In this document: piece by piece, positions 14,231 to 32,450 of the stretch
Layout of the letters: each line of letters begins with the position of its first letter
Numbering within the stretch: the stretch's first letter is position 1
Source of the DNA: the human T2T-CHM13v2.0 reference genome, Homo sapiens
Reading direction: 5' to 3' (one strand)
Length of the DNA: 64,000 nt
NCBI RefSeq assembly: GCF_009914755.1
Contig: NC_060929.1
Made by a program: the position numbers and the translations under genes
Notes under the pieces: model-generated
Databases searched by the model: none
The model's input: the letters and a program-made list of their open reading frames with translations, nothing else
Told to the model about the DNA's origin: nothing

Positions 14231-16808
14231 GTCACCAAGATCCTTTGCTCTACCCTCCTTTGCTCCACCCTCTCTGTTTGTTGGTTGTGTCATACTTGCA
14301 AGATATCGGCAGTAATTCCAAGCAATAAGCAGTCAAAACTACATCCTGATAAAAAGAGATGTGCTTCTTCCTGTGCATCTTTTTAAAAATCTGGTAAAAA
14401 TCCTCCTCAAGCTCCAGGGACCTCTATATATTGCATACCCGTGTCAGAAATGATCTCTTATACTGGAAATGAAACAAACATGACTGATTTAGTTCAATCA
14501 TGATTCATGTCTCAGGGCTGGACAAGGCCAAGCTCTCCTGAACACATGGATGCTAGCTAATCCAAGTTGGGTTTTAGTTAGCAAGAGATAAAGGGGGAAA
14601 AAGACTCATGGGAAATAGATGATCAGTATCTGCTACAGTTAAGGTTTATAGATTAACTGGTGGGAAGGTGAGGGAATAGCTATCTGGCAGCTTCTGTTTT
14701 TTTCAGGGACTTACTGAGGTTGTCATTTGGGATGGGTAGAATTTTTGAAGAGAGGGGAAGTATGAAATGATATTTGAGGAGAAAGTTGAGGGAAATAAAT
14801 AGCTACCTCACAGAAGAGAAAAGTCAGTTTACTAGGAGAAAAATATAGTGCTATTTTTATTTCAGGGTATTGTGGAGTACCCACCTGAGGTTTGTATTTA
14901 TTAATTTAAAATGAAACCAGTGAATCCAATTTTGTGATGTTTTTTCTGGTAACATTCAATGAGTGGATGTAATGCTAACAATTTTCTAAACCTAAGAAAA
15001 TCATTTATTTTCTATTTTTAATGGAGGTAAAATTCACAGAACTTAGAATTCATCATTTTGAAATATACAATTCTGTCACATTTAGTGCATTCCCAATATT
15101 GTGCAACCAACTCTTTCAAGTTTCAGTGCTTTTTCATCACCCCAGAAGAACACTTTATGCCCATTAAGTAATTACTCCTCATATCCTCTTCCTCTCATCC
15201 CTTGACAATCACTAATCTGTTTTCTGCCTTTATGGATTTATTTATTCTGGATATTTCAGATGAAAGGATTTATCTAATATGACCTTTTGTATCTGGCTTT
15301 TTGCACTTAACAAAATGTTTTTGAAGTTTATCCAAGCTACAGCAAGTATAAGTACTTTATTCCTTTTTATGCCTGAATAATATTCCATTGTGTGTACATA
15401 ATGCAATTTGTTTATCCACTCATCTGTTGATGGACATTTGGTTTCCAACTTTTAGCTATTATGAATAAATATTTGTATGCCATATTTTGTGGGTGTAAGT
15501 GTTCATTTCTTTTTGGTATATATGTACAAGTAGAATTGCTGGATCACATGGTAATTCTAGGATTAACTTTTTGATCGGTCACCAATTATTTTCCACATTG
15601 CCTGTAACATATTACATTCTTACCAGCAATGTACAAGGGCTATTATTTCTCCATATCCTCAGCAACACCTTTTATTTTCCATTTGAAAAATTATAGTCAT
15701 AATAGTAGGTATGAAGTAGAATCTCGCTGTGGTTTTGATTTGTACTACCTTAACGACTAATGATGTTGAACATCTTTTCATGTGCTTCTTGGCCATTTGT
15801 GTGTCTTCTTTAGAGAAATGTCTACTCAAGTCCTTTGCCCAGTTTTCAATTGGGTGGTTTGTCTTTTTGTTGCCGAATTGTAAGTTCTTTATATATTCTG
15901 CATACTAAACCTTTATCATATATGATTTGCAAATATTTTCTCACATCTCGTAAGTTGTCTTTTCATTTTCTTGATTATATTCTTTGCTACACAAGTTCTC
16001 AATTTTGGCCAAGTCAAATTTAACTATTTTTAACATTTTTTGTGTGTTTTTGCTGTCAAAGAACCCATTGCTTAATTCAAGATCATGAAGATTTACCCCA
16101 GTGTTTTCTGTTAACAGATTTACAGTTTGTGCTTACATATTTAGGTCGTTGATCTAGTTTAACATCATTTTTGTTTATGAAGTAACATAGGGGTCCAACT
16201 TCAAGTTCTAACATGTTGGTTATCCATTTGTGCCAGCACCATTTGTTGAAGATCCTCTTCTTTGCCTATTAAACTGTCTTGGCACCATTGTCAAACATCA
16301 ATTAGCCATAGATTTTTGGGTTGATTTCGGAACTCTCAGTTCTATTTCAGTGGTCTATGTGTCAGTCCTTATTCCATTCAGATACTATTTGGATTACTGT
16401 AGCTTTGTAGTAAGTTTTGAAATTGGGAAGTGTGAGTCTTCCAACTTTTCTTCTTTTACAAGATACCATAGGCTGTTCTGGATCCTTTGAGATTTCATAT
16501 GAATTTTGAGGACTGACTCTCTTATTCTGAAAAAAAGAAGCCATCATAATTTTAATAGAGATTGCATTAAATCTGTAGGTTGCTTTGAGGCATATTGCCA
16601 TCTTCATAATATTAAGACTTTTAATCCATGAACATGAGACATCTTTCCATGTATTTAGTTTTTCTTTAATTTCTTTCTATAACATTTTGAGTTTGCATTG
16701 TACCAGTGTTTCCCTTCCTTGGTTAAATTTATTCCTAAGTAGTTTATTCTTCTGGATCAATTGTGAATGGAAGTATTTTATTTCCTTTTCAGATTGCTCA
16801 TTTCTGGT

Positions 16809-17367
16809 TGTATAAATCATGCCTTTTTTTCCCTGTATTTCTGATACTTTGACATCTGAGGCCTTGGTGACCCTGGTTACACTACCCCTCCCTCCCAGGG
16901 CTAGCCAATTCCTAGAAATAGCAAATAACTTGCCTGGGAGCATTCCTTTCATATGGAAAGTAAACAGTCCAAAGCCCACACCCCCATTACCTCCTCTATT
17001 GGGTTCTCAAGCTCAGGGCCACAGTTCTTCTGCCCTAATCACCCCAAGTTCTGGTACCACACAACTAGGGAAAAGCCCCTATGTTCCAGAGTTTGCTGAA
17101 ATTTTTCAAACTAGCCAATCCAATGCTTGCCTATCTTGACTTATTCATCCCTTCTTAAGGAAACCACAACAAGGGCTCTTGCCCATGTTTTCCCCTTGCT
17201 CCCTCTGCCTCCTGACCAACTCCAGTGCTTTTCTGTGTGCCCCCTGTGGTGTAGCATGCTACCTCCTCTTGGGAACTGAGTGACAGACTACCTTTTCAGT
17301 GGCAATCATCTCCTGATTTCTTAGCGTCATCACACCTGAATAATAATAAAGCCTACACTTTAAAACA
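16809..17367 (+). mobile_element. ERV-type solo LTR nested in L1M
   Basis: TG...CA termini, flanking duplication CTGGT (16804-16808 / 17368-17372), AATAAA near the 3' end; subfamily uncertain. Confidence 0.75.
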
Positions 17368-17409
17368 CTGGTGTATAGAAACATAAACTGACTTTTGTGT
17401 GTTTATCTT

Positions 17410-19714
17410 TGATGTGGTTTGGCTGTGTCCCCACCCAAATCTCATCTTGATTTGTAGCTCCCATAATTCCCACATGTTGTGGGAGGGACCTGGTGGGAGA
17501 TAATTGAATTATGAGGGCGGTTCCCCCATACTGTCCTTATGGCAGTGAATAAATCTCACAAGATCTGATGGTTTTATAAATGGGAATTTCCCTGCACAAG
17601 CTCTCTTTTTGCTGGCTGCCATGTAAGATGTCCCTTTGCTCTTCCTTCATCTTCTGCCACGATTGTGAGGCCTCCCCAGCCATGTGGAATTGTGAGTCCA
17701 TGAAACCTCTTTTCTTCATAAATTACCCAGTCTGGGGTATGTCTTTATTAGCAGCATGAGTACAGACTAATACAGTAAATTGCTACCATTAGTGACTTGC
17801 TGCTGTGAAGATACCCAAAAGTTTAAAAGCTACTTTGGAACTGGGTAATGGGCAGAGGTTGGAAAAGTTTGGAGGGCTGAGAAGAAGATAGGAAAATGTG
17901 AGAAAGTTTAGAACTTCCTAGAGACTTGTTGAATGGCTTTGACAAAAATGCTAACAATTATATCTAGGCTGAGGTGGTCTCAGATGGAGATGAGAAACTT
18001 GCTGGGAACTTAAGCAAAGATTGCTCTTTTTATGCTTTAGCAAAGAGACTGGTGGCATTTTGCCCCTGCCCTAGAGACTTTTGGTACTTTGAACTTGAGA
18101 GAAATAATTTAGGGTATCTAGCAGAAGAAATTTCTAAGCGGCAAAGTGTTAAAGAGGTGGCTTGGGTGCTGTTGTTAAAAGCATTCAGTTTTATAAGGAA
18201 AGCAGAGCATAAAAGTTCAGAAAATTTGCAGCCTGACAATGCGACAGAAAAGAAAAACCCATTTTCTGAGAAGAAATTCAATCAGGCTGTAGAAATTTGC
18301 ATAAGTAATGAGGAGCCAAATGTTAATCATCAAGATGTTGGAGAAAATGTCTCCAGGGCATATCCAAGGTCTTCACAGCAGACCCTTCCATCACACGCAT
18401 GGAGGCCTGGGAGGAAAAAATGGTTTCATGGACTGGGCCCATGGTCCCTCTGCTGTATGCAGTATAGGGACTTGGTGCCCTGCATTCCAGCCACTCCAGT
18501 CATGGCTAAAAGGGGCCAAGGTACAGTTCAGGCTGTGGCTTCAGAGGGTGCAAGCTCCAAGCCTTGGCAGCTTCCACATGGTGTTGAGCCTGCGCGTGCA
18601 GAGAAGTCAAGAATTGAGGTTTGGAAACTTCCGCCTAGGTTTCAGAGGATGTATGGAAATGCCTGGATGTCCAGGAAGAAGTTTGCTGCAGGGGCAGTGC
18701 CCTCATGGAGAACCTCTGCTAGGACAGCACAGAAGGAAAATGTGGGGTGGGAGCCCCCACACAGAGTCTTCACTGGGGCACTGCCTAGTGGAACTGTGAG
18801 AAGAGGGCCACTGTCCTCCAGATCCCTGAGTGGTAGATCCACTGACAGCTTACATCCTGTGCCTGGAAAAGCCACAAACACTCAATGCCAGCCTATAAAA
18901 GCAGCCATGAGGGAGGCTGTATCCTGCAAAGCCACAGCGGCAAAGCTACCCAAGACCATGGGAGCCCACCTCTTTCATTAGCATGACCTGGATGTGAGAC
19001 ATGGATTCAAAGGGGATCATTTTGGAGCTTTAAGATTTGATTGCCCTGCTGGATTTCAGATCTGCCTGGGACTTTTAGCCCTTCTGGTTGGGCCAATTTC
19101 TCCCATTTGGAATGGGTGTATTTATCGAATGCTTGTACACCCCTTGTATCTAGGAAGTAACTAACTTGCTTTTGATTTTACAGGCTCATAGGCAAGAGAG
19201 ACTTTCCTTGTCTCAGATGAGACTTTGGACTGTGGACTTTTGAGTTAATGCTGAAATGAGTTAAGACTTTTGGGGACTGTTGGGAAGGCACGATTGGTTT
19301 TGGAATGTGAGGACATGAGATGTGGGAAGATCCAGGGGTGGAATGATATGGTTTGACTGTGTCCCCACCCAAATCTCATCTTGAATTGTAACTCCTGTAA
19401 GTCCCACATGTTGTGGGAGGAAGCCAGTGGAAGATAATTGAAGCATAAGGGCCATTCCCCCATACTGTTCTTGTGATAGAGAATAAGTCACAAGAGATCT
19501 GATGGCTTTATAAATAAGAGTTCTCTTGCACAAGCTCTCTTTTTGCCAGCTGCCATGTAAGACATTCCTTTGCTCTTTCTTCATCTTCTGCCATGATTAT
19601 GAGGCCTCTCCAGCCACGTGGAACTGTGAGTACATGAAACCTCCTTTTTTTTTTTTTACAAATTATCCAGTCTCAGGTATGTCTTTATTAGCAGCAGGAA
19701 AACAGACTAATAAA
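17410..19714 (+). mobile_element. Full-length THE1 (MaLR): LTR 17410-17774, internal 17775-19343, LTR 19344-19714
   Basis: Two ~365 bp LTRs 'tgat(g/a)tggtttg(g/a)ctgtgtccccacccaaatctcatcttga'; 5 bp TSD ATCTT (17405-17409 / 19715-19719); purine tract before the 3' LTR; internal ORF remnant 17974-18981. Confidence 0.95.
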
Positions 19715-20872
19715 ATCTTATACTCTGCAACTTTACCAAATTCATTTATTAGCTTGTGTGTGTGTGTGTGTGTGTTGTTTGGAATTTTTCTTAAAATAGA
19801 ATTATGTCATTTTCAAATACAGATAGGTGAACTTCTTTGTTTCCAATGTGGATGTCTTATTTGTTCATATCATAGCTCTAGCTAGGACTTTCAGTACAAG
19901 GTTGAGTAACAGTGGTGAAAGTAGACATCCTTGTCTTGTTCCTGATCTTACCAGAAAAGCTTTCTGTCTTCCACCATTGAGTACAATGCTAGCTGTGGAA
20001 TGTTCATAAATGTCTTTTATCATGTTGAGGAAGTTTCCTTTTCTTTTCCTACTTTGATGAATATTTTTATCATGGAAGAGTGTTGGATTTTGTCAATTTT
20101 TTTGCATCTGAATTGACCATGTAGTATTTTTCCTCTATTCTATCAATGTGATCTATTGCCTCAATCCATTTTTAGATATTGAACCACTCTTGTACATCTG
20201 AGATTAATCCCACTTGGTCATGGAGTGTAATATTTTTACTGTGCTGTTGGATCCAGTTTGCTAGTATTGTGTTGAGGATTTCTGTATCTATATTCATAAA
20301 GGATATTAGGCTATAGTTTTCCTGTACTATTTTGTCTGACTTTAGTATTAGGGTAACATATTAGGAAGAATTTCCTTATCTTCTGTATTTTGGAGGGGCT
20401 TGAGTAATATTAGTGTCAGTGTTAATCCTTTTTGAAATGTGTAATATACCAGTGAAACCAACTGGCTCTGGGCTTTTCTTTGTTGGGAGTTTTGTTTCTT
20501 TTCTTTTCTTTTCTTTTTTTTAAAATGGATTCAATCTCTTTAATTGTTGTAGGTCAATTGACATTTTCTATTTCTTCTTGAGTCAGTTTTAGTAATTCAT
20601 GGTTTCTAGGAATTTATTCAGTTCATCTAAATTATCTAGTTTGTTGGCACTCATTTGTTCATACTAGTATCTTATAATCCTTTTATTTCTGTAAAGTTGG
20701 AAGTATTGTTTCCACTTTCATTTCTGATTCTAGTTATTTACATCTTATGTCTGTTTTTCTTAGCAACATAGCTAAATATTTATCAACTTTGTTGATTATT
20801 TCAAGGAACCAATATTTGGTTTTATTGATTATCTCTGTTTTTTTATTCTCTAGCTTGTCATCTCTGCTTTAA

Positions 20873-21341
<469 letters not shown>

Positions 21342-21840
21342 TGGATCTATGTAAAATTACATACCATCACCCAATGCAGAACCCATGCATTAAATAAGTA
21401 AGTTGTCATCAACCTGAGACTGATGTTCAAGTAGTAACTTCTTTTTTCTTCTCAATCTCCTTTGTTCTTTTTTTAAAAAATGTTTTTATTTTTCCATAGG
21501 TTATTGGGGGTACAGATGGTGTTTGGTTACATGAGTAAGTTCTTTAGTGGTGATTTTTGAGATTTTGGTGCACCCATCACTCGAGCAGTATACACTGCAC
21601 CCTATTTGTAATCTTTTATCCCTCACCCCCCTCCCACCCTTTCCCCTAAGTCGCCAAAGTCCACTGTATTATTCTTATACTTTTGCATCCTCATAGCTTA
21701 GCTCCCATGTATCAGTGAGAACATATGACATTTGGTTTTCCATTTCTGAGTTATTCACTTAGAATAATAGCCTCCAATCTCATCCAGGTTGCTGCAAATG
21801 CCATTAATTCATTCCTTTTTATGGCTGAGTAGTATTCCAT

Positions 21841-21933
21841 CATATATATCTATATTTATCTATATATACATACACACACATATATATACACACACACATA
21901 TATACGTATACGCACACACATATATATATATAT
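21841..21933. repeat. (TA)n/(CA)n compound microsatellite within L1
   Basis: Direct reading. Confidence 0.9.
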
Positions 21934-24744
21934 CACAGTTTCTTTATCCACTCATTGATTGATGAGCATTTGGGTTGGTTCCACAATTTTGCAATTGTGA
22001 ATTGTGCTGCTATAAACAAGCATGTCCAAGTATCTTTTTCGTACAACGACTTATTTTCCTCTGGGTAAATATCCAGTAGTGGGGTTTCTGGATCAAATGG
22101 TAGAACTAAAAAGTTCTACTTTTAGTTATTTAAAGAATCTTCACACTGTTTTCCATAGTGGTTGTACTAATTTACATTCTCACCAGCAGTGTAGAAGTGT
22201 TCCCTGATCACTGCATCCATGCCAACATCTACTGTTTTTTTATTTTTTGATTATGGCAATTCTTGCAGGAGTAGGATGATGTTGCATTGTGGTTTTGATT
22301 TGCATTTTCCTGATCATTAGTGATGTTGAGCATTTTTTCATATATTTGTTGGCCATTTGTATATCTCATTTTCAGAATCGTCTATTCATGTCTGTAGCCC
22401 ACTTTTTGATGGGACTGCTTGTTTTTTTCTTGCTGATTTGTTTGAGTTTGTTGTAGATTCTAGATATTAGTCCTTTGTCAGATGTATAGATTGTGAAGAT
22501 TTTCTCCCACTCTGTGGATTGCCTGCTTACTTTGCTGACTGTTCCTTTTGCCATGCAAAAGCTCTTTAGTTTAATTAAGTCCCAGCTATTTATCTTTGTT
22601 TTTATTGCATTTGCTTTTGGGTTCTTGGTCATGAAATCCTTGCCTAGGCTAATGTCTAGAAGGGTTTTTCCAATGTTATCTTTTAAAATTTTTATAGTTT
22701 CAGGAAAGCACATAAGATTTAAATCCTTAATCCATCTTGAGTTGATTTTTGTATAAGGTAAGAGATGAAGATCTAGTTTCGTTCTCCTACATGTGGCTAG
22801 CCATTTATCCCAGCACCATTTGTTAAAAAGGGTGTCCTTTCCCTACTTTATGTTTTTGTTTGCTTTGTCAAAGATCAGTTGGCTGTAAGCATTTGGGTTT
22901 TTTTCTGGACTCTCTATTCTGTTCCATTGGTCTATGTGCCTATTTTTATACTAGTACCATGCTATTTTGGTGACTATGGCCTTATAGTATAGTTTGAAAT
23001 TAGGTAATGTGAAGCCTCCAAATTTGTTCTTTTTGTTTAGTCTTATTTTGGATATGCAGGATCTTCCTTGGTTCTACATGAACTTTAGAATTGTTTTTTC
23101 TAATTCTGTGAAGAATGATGGTGGTATTTTGATGGGAATTGTGTTGAATTTGTAGATTGCTTTTGGCAATATGGTCATTTTCACAATATTGATTCTACCC
23201 ATCCATGAGCATGGGATGTGTTTCCATTTTTTTGTGTTGTCTATGATTTCTTTCAGCAGTGTTTTGTAGTTTTCCTTGTGCACGTCTTTCACCTCCTTGG
23301 TTATGTATATTCCTAAGTATTTCTTTTTTTTTTTTTTTTGCAGCTATGGTAAAAGGGGTTGAGTTCGTGATTTGATTCTCCACTTGGTTGCTGTTGGTGT
23401 ATAGAAGAGCTACTGATTTGTGTACACTAATTTTGTATCCAGGAGCTTTGCTGAATGCTTTTATCAATTGTAGGAGCTTTCTGGAGGTGTCTTTAGGGTT
23501 TTCAAGGTAAACAATCATGTCATCAGCCAACAGTGACAGTTTGACTCCTCTTTACTGATTTAGATGCCCTTTATTTCTTTCTTTTGTCTGATTGCCCTGG
23601 CTAGGACTTCCAGTACTATGCTGAAGAGGAGTGGTGAGAATGGGCATCCTTATCTAGTTCCAGTTCTCAGAGAATATGCTTTCAACTTTTCACCATTTAG
23701 TATTATGTTGGCTGTGGGTTTGTCATCTTTTATTACATTGAGGTGTATCCCTTGTATGCTGATTTTGCTGAGAGTTTTAATAATAAATGGATTTTGTCAA
23801 ATGGTTTTTATGCATTTATTGAGATAATCATGTGATTTTTGTTTTTAATTCTGTTTTTGTGGTGCATCACATTTACTGATTTGCATATGTTAAATCATCC
23901 CTGGTATGAAATCCACTTGATCATGGTGGATTATCTTTTTGATATGGTGTTGGATTTGGTTAACTAGTATTTTGTTAAGGATTTTAGCATCTATGTTCAT
24001 CAGGGATATCGGTCTGTAGTTTTCTTTTTTGGATATGTCCTTTCCTGGTTTTGGTATTAGGGTGATGTTGGCATCATAGGATGACTTAGGGAGGGTTTCC
24101 TCTTTCTCTATCTTGTTGGAATAGCGTCAATAGGATTTGTACCAATTCTTTGAGTGTCTGGTAAAATTCTGCTGTAAATTCATCTGGTCCTGGACTTTTT
24201 TTTTTGTTGGTAATTTTAAAATTTCCATTTCAATCTTGCTGCTTGTTATTGGTCTGTTTAGGGTATCTAATTCTTCCTGATTTAAGCTAGGAAGGTTGTA
24301 TCTTTCCAGGAATTCATCCATGTCATCTAGGTTTTTTAGTCTGTATGTAAAGATGTACACAATAGCCTTGAATGATCTTTTGTATTTCTGCGGTGTCAGC
24401 TGTAATATCTCCCATTTCATTTCTTATTGAGGTTTTTTGGATTTTCTCTTTTCTTGGTTAATCTTGCTAACGATGTATCAATTTTATTTATCTTTTCAAA
24501 GAACCAGCTTTTGGTTAATTTCTCTTTTGTATTTTTTGTTTGTTTCAATTTCATTTAGTTCTGCTCTGATCTTTGTTATTTCCTTTCTTCTGCTGGGTTT
24601 GGGTTTAATTTGTTCTTGTTCCACTAGTTCCTTGAGGTGTGACCATAGATTGTCAGTTTGTGCTCTGTCAGTCTTTTTGATGCAGAGTTTTAGGGCTATG
24701 AACTTTCCTCCTAGCATCGCCTTTGCTGTATCTTAGAGGTGGGG

Positions 24745-25039
<295 letters not shown>

Positions 25040-25910
25040 ATCCCAGAGGTTTTGATAGGTTGTGTCACTATTGTTGTTCACTTTGAAGAATTGTTTAAAT
25101 TTGCATCTTGATTTCATTTTTGATCCAGTGATCACTCAGGATCAGATTATTTAATTTCCATGTATTTGCATGATTTTGAAGGTTTCTTTTGGAGTTGATT
25201 TTCAGTTTTATTCCACTGTGGTCTGAGAGAGTGCTTAATATGATTTCAATTTCCTTAAATTTATTAAGGCTCATTTTGTGGCCTATTATATGGTCTATCT
25301 TGGAGAAAGTTCCATGAGCTGTTGAATAGAATGTGTATTCTGTGGTCGTTGGGTGGAATTTTGTATATGTATCTGTTAAGTCTATTTGTTCCAAGGTATA
25401 GCTTAAATCCATTGTTTGTTGTTGTTGTTGTTGTTGACTTTCTGTCTTGATGACCTGTCTAGTGCTGTCAGTGGAGTATTGAAGTCCCCTACTACTATTG
25501 TATTGCTGTCTATCTCATTTCTTAGGTCTATAAGTAATTGTTTTACAAATTTGGGAGCTCCAGTGTTAGGTGCATATATATTTAGGATTGTGATACTTTC
25601 CTGTTGGACAAGGCCTTTTACCATCATATAATGTCCCTCTTTGTATTTTTTAACTGCTGTTGCTTTAAAGTTCATTTTGTCTCATATAAGAATAGCTACT
25701 CCTGCTCATTTTTGGTGTCCATTCATATGAAATACCTTTTTCCACCCCTTTACCTTAAGTTTATGAGAGTCCTTATGTGTTAGGAGAGTCTCTTGAAGGC
25801 AGAAGATGGTTGGTGAATACTTATCCATTCTGTTGTTCTGTATCTTTTAAGTGGAGCAATATGGCCATTTACATTCAATGTTAGTATTGAGATGTGAGGC
25901 ACCATTCAAT

Positions 25911-29151
<3,241 letters not shown>

Positions 29152-30540
29152 TCCCATAAGTTTTTGTATGCTATGTTTTGTCTTCATTTGTTTCTAAATA
29201 TTTTTTAATTTGCCTTGTGATTTTTTCTTTGTCCCACTGGTTGTTTAAGAGTGTGTTATTTCTGTGTACGTGAAAATTTTTCAATTTTCCTTCTGTTATT
29301 GATTTTTAGCTTTATTCTCTATTGTTGTGAGAGAAGATACTTTAAATGATTTTATTCCTTCTAAATTTATTGAGAATTATTTTTATGAACCAAATTATAG
29401 CCTATCCTGGAGAATGCTTCATGTGCACTTGAAAAAATGTATATTTTTCTGTTGTTTTGTGGATTGTTCTATCTGTCATACTACGTCTGTTATGTCTAGT
29501 TGATTTATAGTGTAATTCAAGTCTATTTTCTTCTTGTTTTTCTGTGTAGATATTATATCCATTATGAAACTGGAATATTGCACTTTGAGAGGTCAAGACA
29601 GGCAGATCACTTGAGGTGAGGAGTTTGAGACCAACCTGGCCAACATGGCAAAACCTCATCAATTCTAAAAATACAAAAATTTGCTGGGCATCATAATGCA
29701 TGCCTGTAATCCCAGCTACTTGGAAGGCTGAGGCAGGAGAACCTCTTGAACCTGGGAGGTGGAGGTTATAGTGAGCCAAGATCACACCACTTCACTCCAG
29801 CCTGGGTAACAGAGTGAGACTTCACCTCAGAAAAAAAAAAAAAAAAAAAAAGGGGGGGACTATTGAAGTCTCCAACTATTCTCACAAAAGTGTCTACTTC
29901 TTCTGTAAATTCTATCAATAGTTGCTTCATGTATTTTGGGACTCCATTGTTTGGTGCATTTATGCGTATAGTTTTATATCTCCTTGACAAATTGCCACTT
30001 TTATCAATATGCAATGTATTCCTTTTACTTTTATAAAAATTTTTGACAACATCTATGTGACTATGTGACTATGAATATAGTCACATTGGCTGTTTTTGGG
30101 CTACAATTCACATGCAACATCTTTTTTCATTCTTTTACTTCCAACCTATTTGTTTCTTTGAGTCTAAAGTGAGTTTCTTATAATCAGCATATAATTGGAT
30201 CACACTTTAAAATTTATTCTGCTAGTTTCTGTCTTTAATTGGGAGTCAAAGTCACTTAAATTAAAATATTACTAATAATAAAGAACATACTTCTGCCACA
30301 TTGCTTTTCATTTTCTATATATTTTATGTCCTTTTTATTCCTCAATTCCTCCAATACTATCTTCTTTTGTGTTTGATTGATATTTTCTAGTGTTCCATTT
30401 TGATTCTGTATCTTTTGCAGTTATTTGCTCCTAGAATGTATATGTTAGTATGCTTAATAGTGTCCTGTAGGCCTCTTAGGTTCTGTTTATTTCTCTTCAT
30501 TGTTTTTTCTTTCTGCTGTTCAGACTGGGTAATTCCAATT
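29152..30540 (-). mobile_element. Continuation of old L1M (ORF2 endonuclease region and ORF1-like fragment)
   Basis: Resumes 'cccataagtttttgtatg'; ORF fragments INAPNNGVPKYMKQ..IVGDFNSP and QSEQQKEK..NLRGLQDTIKHTNIYILG. Confidence 0.8.
29580..29850 (+). mobile_element. AluS/J, slightly 5'-truncated
   Basis: Alu dimer with A tail inside L1M. Confidence 0.9.
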
Positions 30541-30542
30541 GC

Positions 30543-32050
30543 TGTATTGCTATGGACTGAATATTTACACCTCCTCCAATTCATATGTTGAATTCCTAAT
30601 TTTTAATGTGATGGTATTTGGAAGGGGTACATTTAGGAAATAATTAAGGTCGTGAGGTTGGAATCCTCATGATGGAATTATTGCCCTTATAAGAAGAGAA
30701 GGAGATAAGAGCTCTACTTTTCTTCATCATGTGAGGATACAGCAAAAAAAAGGGGCTGTCTGTAAAATAGAAAGAGGGGCCTCACAAGACACTGAATTTT
30801 TTGTCACTTTGGCCTTGGACTTCTGAGACTCCAGAATTGTAAGAAATATTTTTTCTTTAAGTCACCAAGCCTGTGATATTTGTTATAGAAGTCTGAACTG
30901 ACTAAAATAAATTGGTAACAAGAAGTGGGATGCTACTGTAACATATACCTTAAAATGAGTTTTGAGCTTCAGGCTTTAAAAAGTAGATATTTCCATGAAG
31001 GGGCTGCTGAAGACAATCTGGTGAGGCCTGACCAAAATAGGAGAACTGGAGAGAAATCCTCCCTCTTATTCGAGAAGACATAAATAATCATGAGCAGAAT
31101 ATTGATGGAAATATGAACAGTAAAGGCCATTTTGATGAGGTTTTAGATGGAAAAGAGGAACATGTCATTGGAATCCAGAGGAAAGCAATCCTTGTTGTAA
31201 TGTGGCAAAGAACCTGGCTAAATTATCTTTGCATTCTAGTGTTTTGAAGAAGATAGAATTTGTGAGTGATAAAAGTGGATATTTAGCTGAAGATGTTTCT
31301 AAGCAAAGTGTTGAGAATACCAAGGGTGTGGCCAAGCAACTGTTTGTTAAGGAGATTGGTATGGGTGTGAAACACGGACCTAATCAGTACTCCAGCAAGA
31401 ACACTGCCAGTCTGAACTGAAGGAGATGAAGGTGGGGGAAAATGAAGAAAGTTTCTCAGACTTCTTAGAGGCTACAGGACAGGATGATAAAGCTATTCAA
31501 TAGCCTTGTGCTGTTCTAGAAGATGGGGGAAATGGCCCCAAAGACAGTTCAGAGATTATCAGGGACATCATCTCAGCTTCAACAGGCCAAATATCCTCCA
31601 ACTAAAGCCATGATGGTGAGGTCACCTGGAGCCATGAGAGCACAACCCTACCTGGAAGAAATTTGAAACCAAGATCCTCGTGTGGTAGAGCCCTTGGGGT
31701 TTAGCTTCTCTCTGACAGAACCCTGGGGGAGAGATCACCATTCTGCAGAGCCTTTGGGCATAACCCCCATGCAGTAGGGCTGGGTGGGCACAAGCCCTGC
31801 TCAACCTAGCCACAGCATGGATGGATCTCTGCCAAGCTGTGGGGGTGACATTTCCACTCCAGTGGTCCTGGAGGGCAGAGTATCAAACCAAAAAGGATTA
31901 TTCTAGATTATTCTTGAGCATTAAAGTCTAGTGGAATTTGCCGTGATAGGTTTTGGATGTATGTGGGACTCATCACCCCTTCCTTCTTTCATTTTTCTCC
32001 CTTCTGGAATGGAAATATCTATCTTATGCCTGTACCATCCTGTATTTTGG
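30543..32050 (+). mobile_element. MLT1A-like LTR (30543-30910) plus MLT1 internal sequence
   Basis: LTR motifs 'attgcccttataagaagag', 'ggccttggacttc'; internal 'gtggcaaagaacctggctaaatt', 'atttctaagcaaagtgttga'-like text. Confidence 0.7.
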
Positions 32051-32069
32051 GGCTTGGAGGCCATTTTGG

Positions 32070-32450
32070 GATATGTTTTGTACTGATATATCATAGTTGT
32101 ACATATTTTGGGTACATATAATATTTTGATATATGTATACAATGTGTAATGATCAAATCAGGGTAATCGGGACATCCAACACTCAAACATTATCTTTTTT
32201 TTTGTATTGGAACATTAATATTTTTCTTCTAGTTATATTGATACACAATAAATTATTGTTAACCATAATTTTCTTACTGTACTAATGAGTACTAGAACTT
32301 ATGTCTCCTATCTAACTATTTTTGTACCGTTAACCAACTTCTCATTATCCTCTCCTCTTCCTTTTTCTTCCCAGCCTCTGGTAACTACCATTCTACTCTC
32401 TACTTCCATAACATCCACTTTTTTAGCTCCCAGATAGAAGTGAAAACATA
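32070..32450 (-). mobile_element. L1MA 3' end fragment
   Basis: 'gtacatattttggggtacat...gtgtaatgatcaaatcagggtaatcggg...ccagcctctggtaactaccattctactctc'. Confidence 0.75.
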
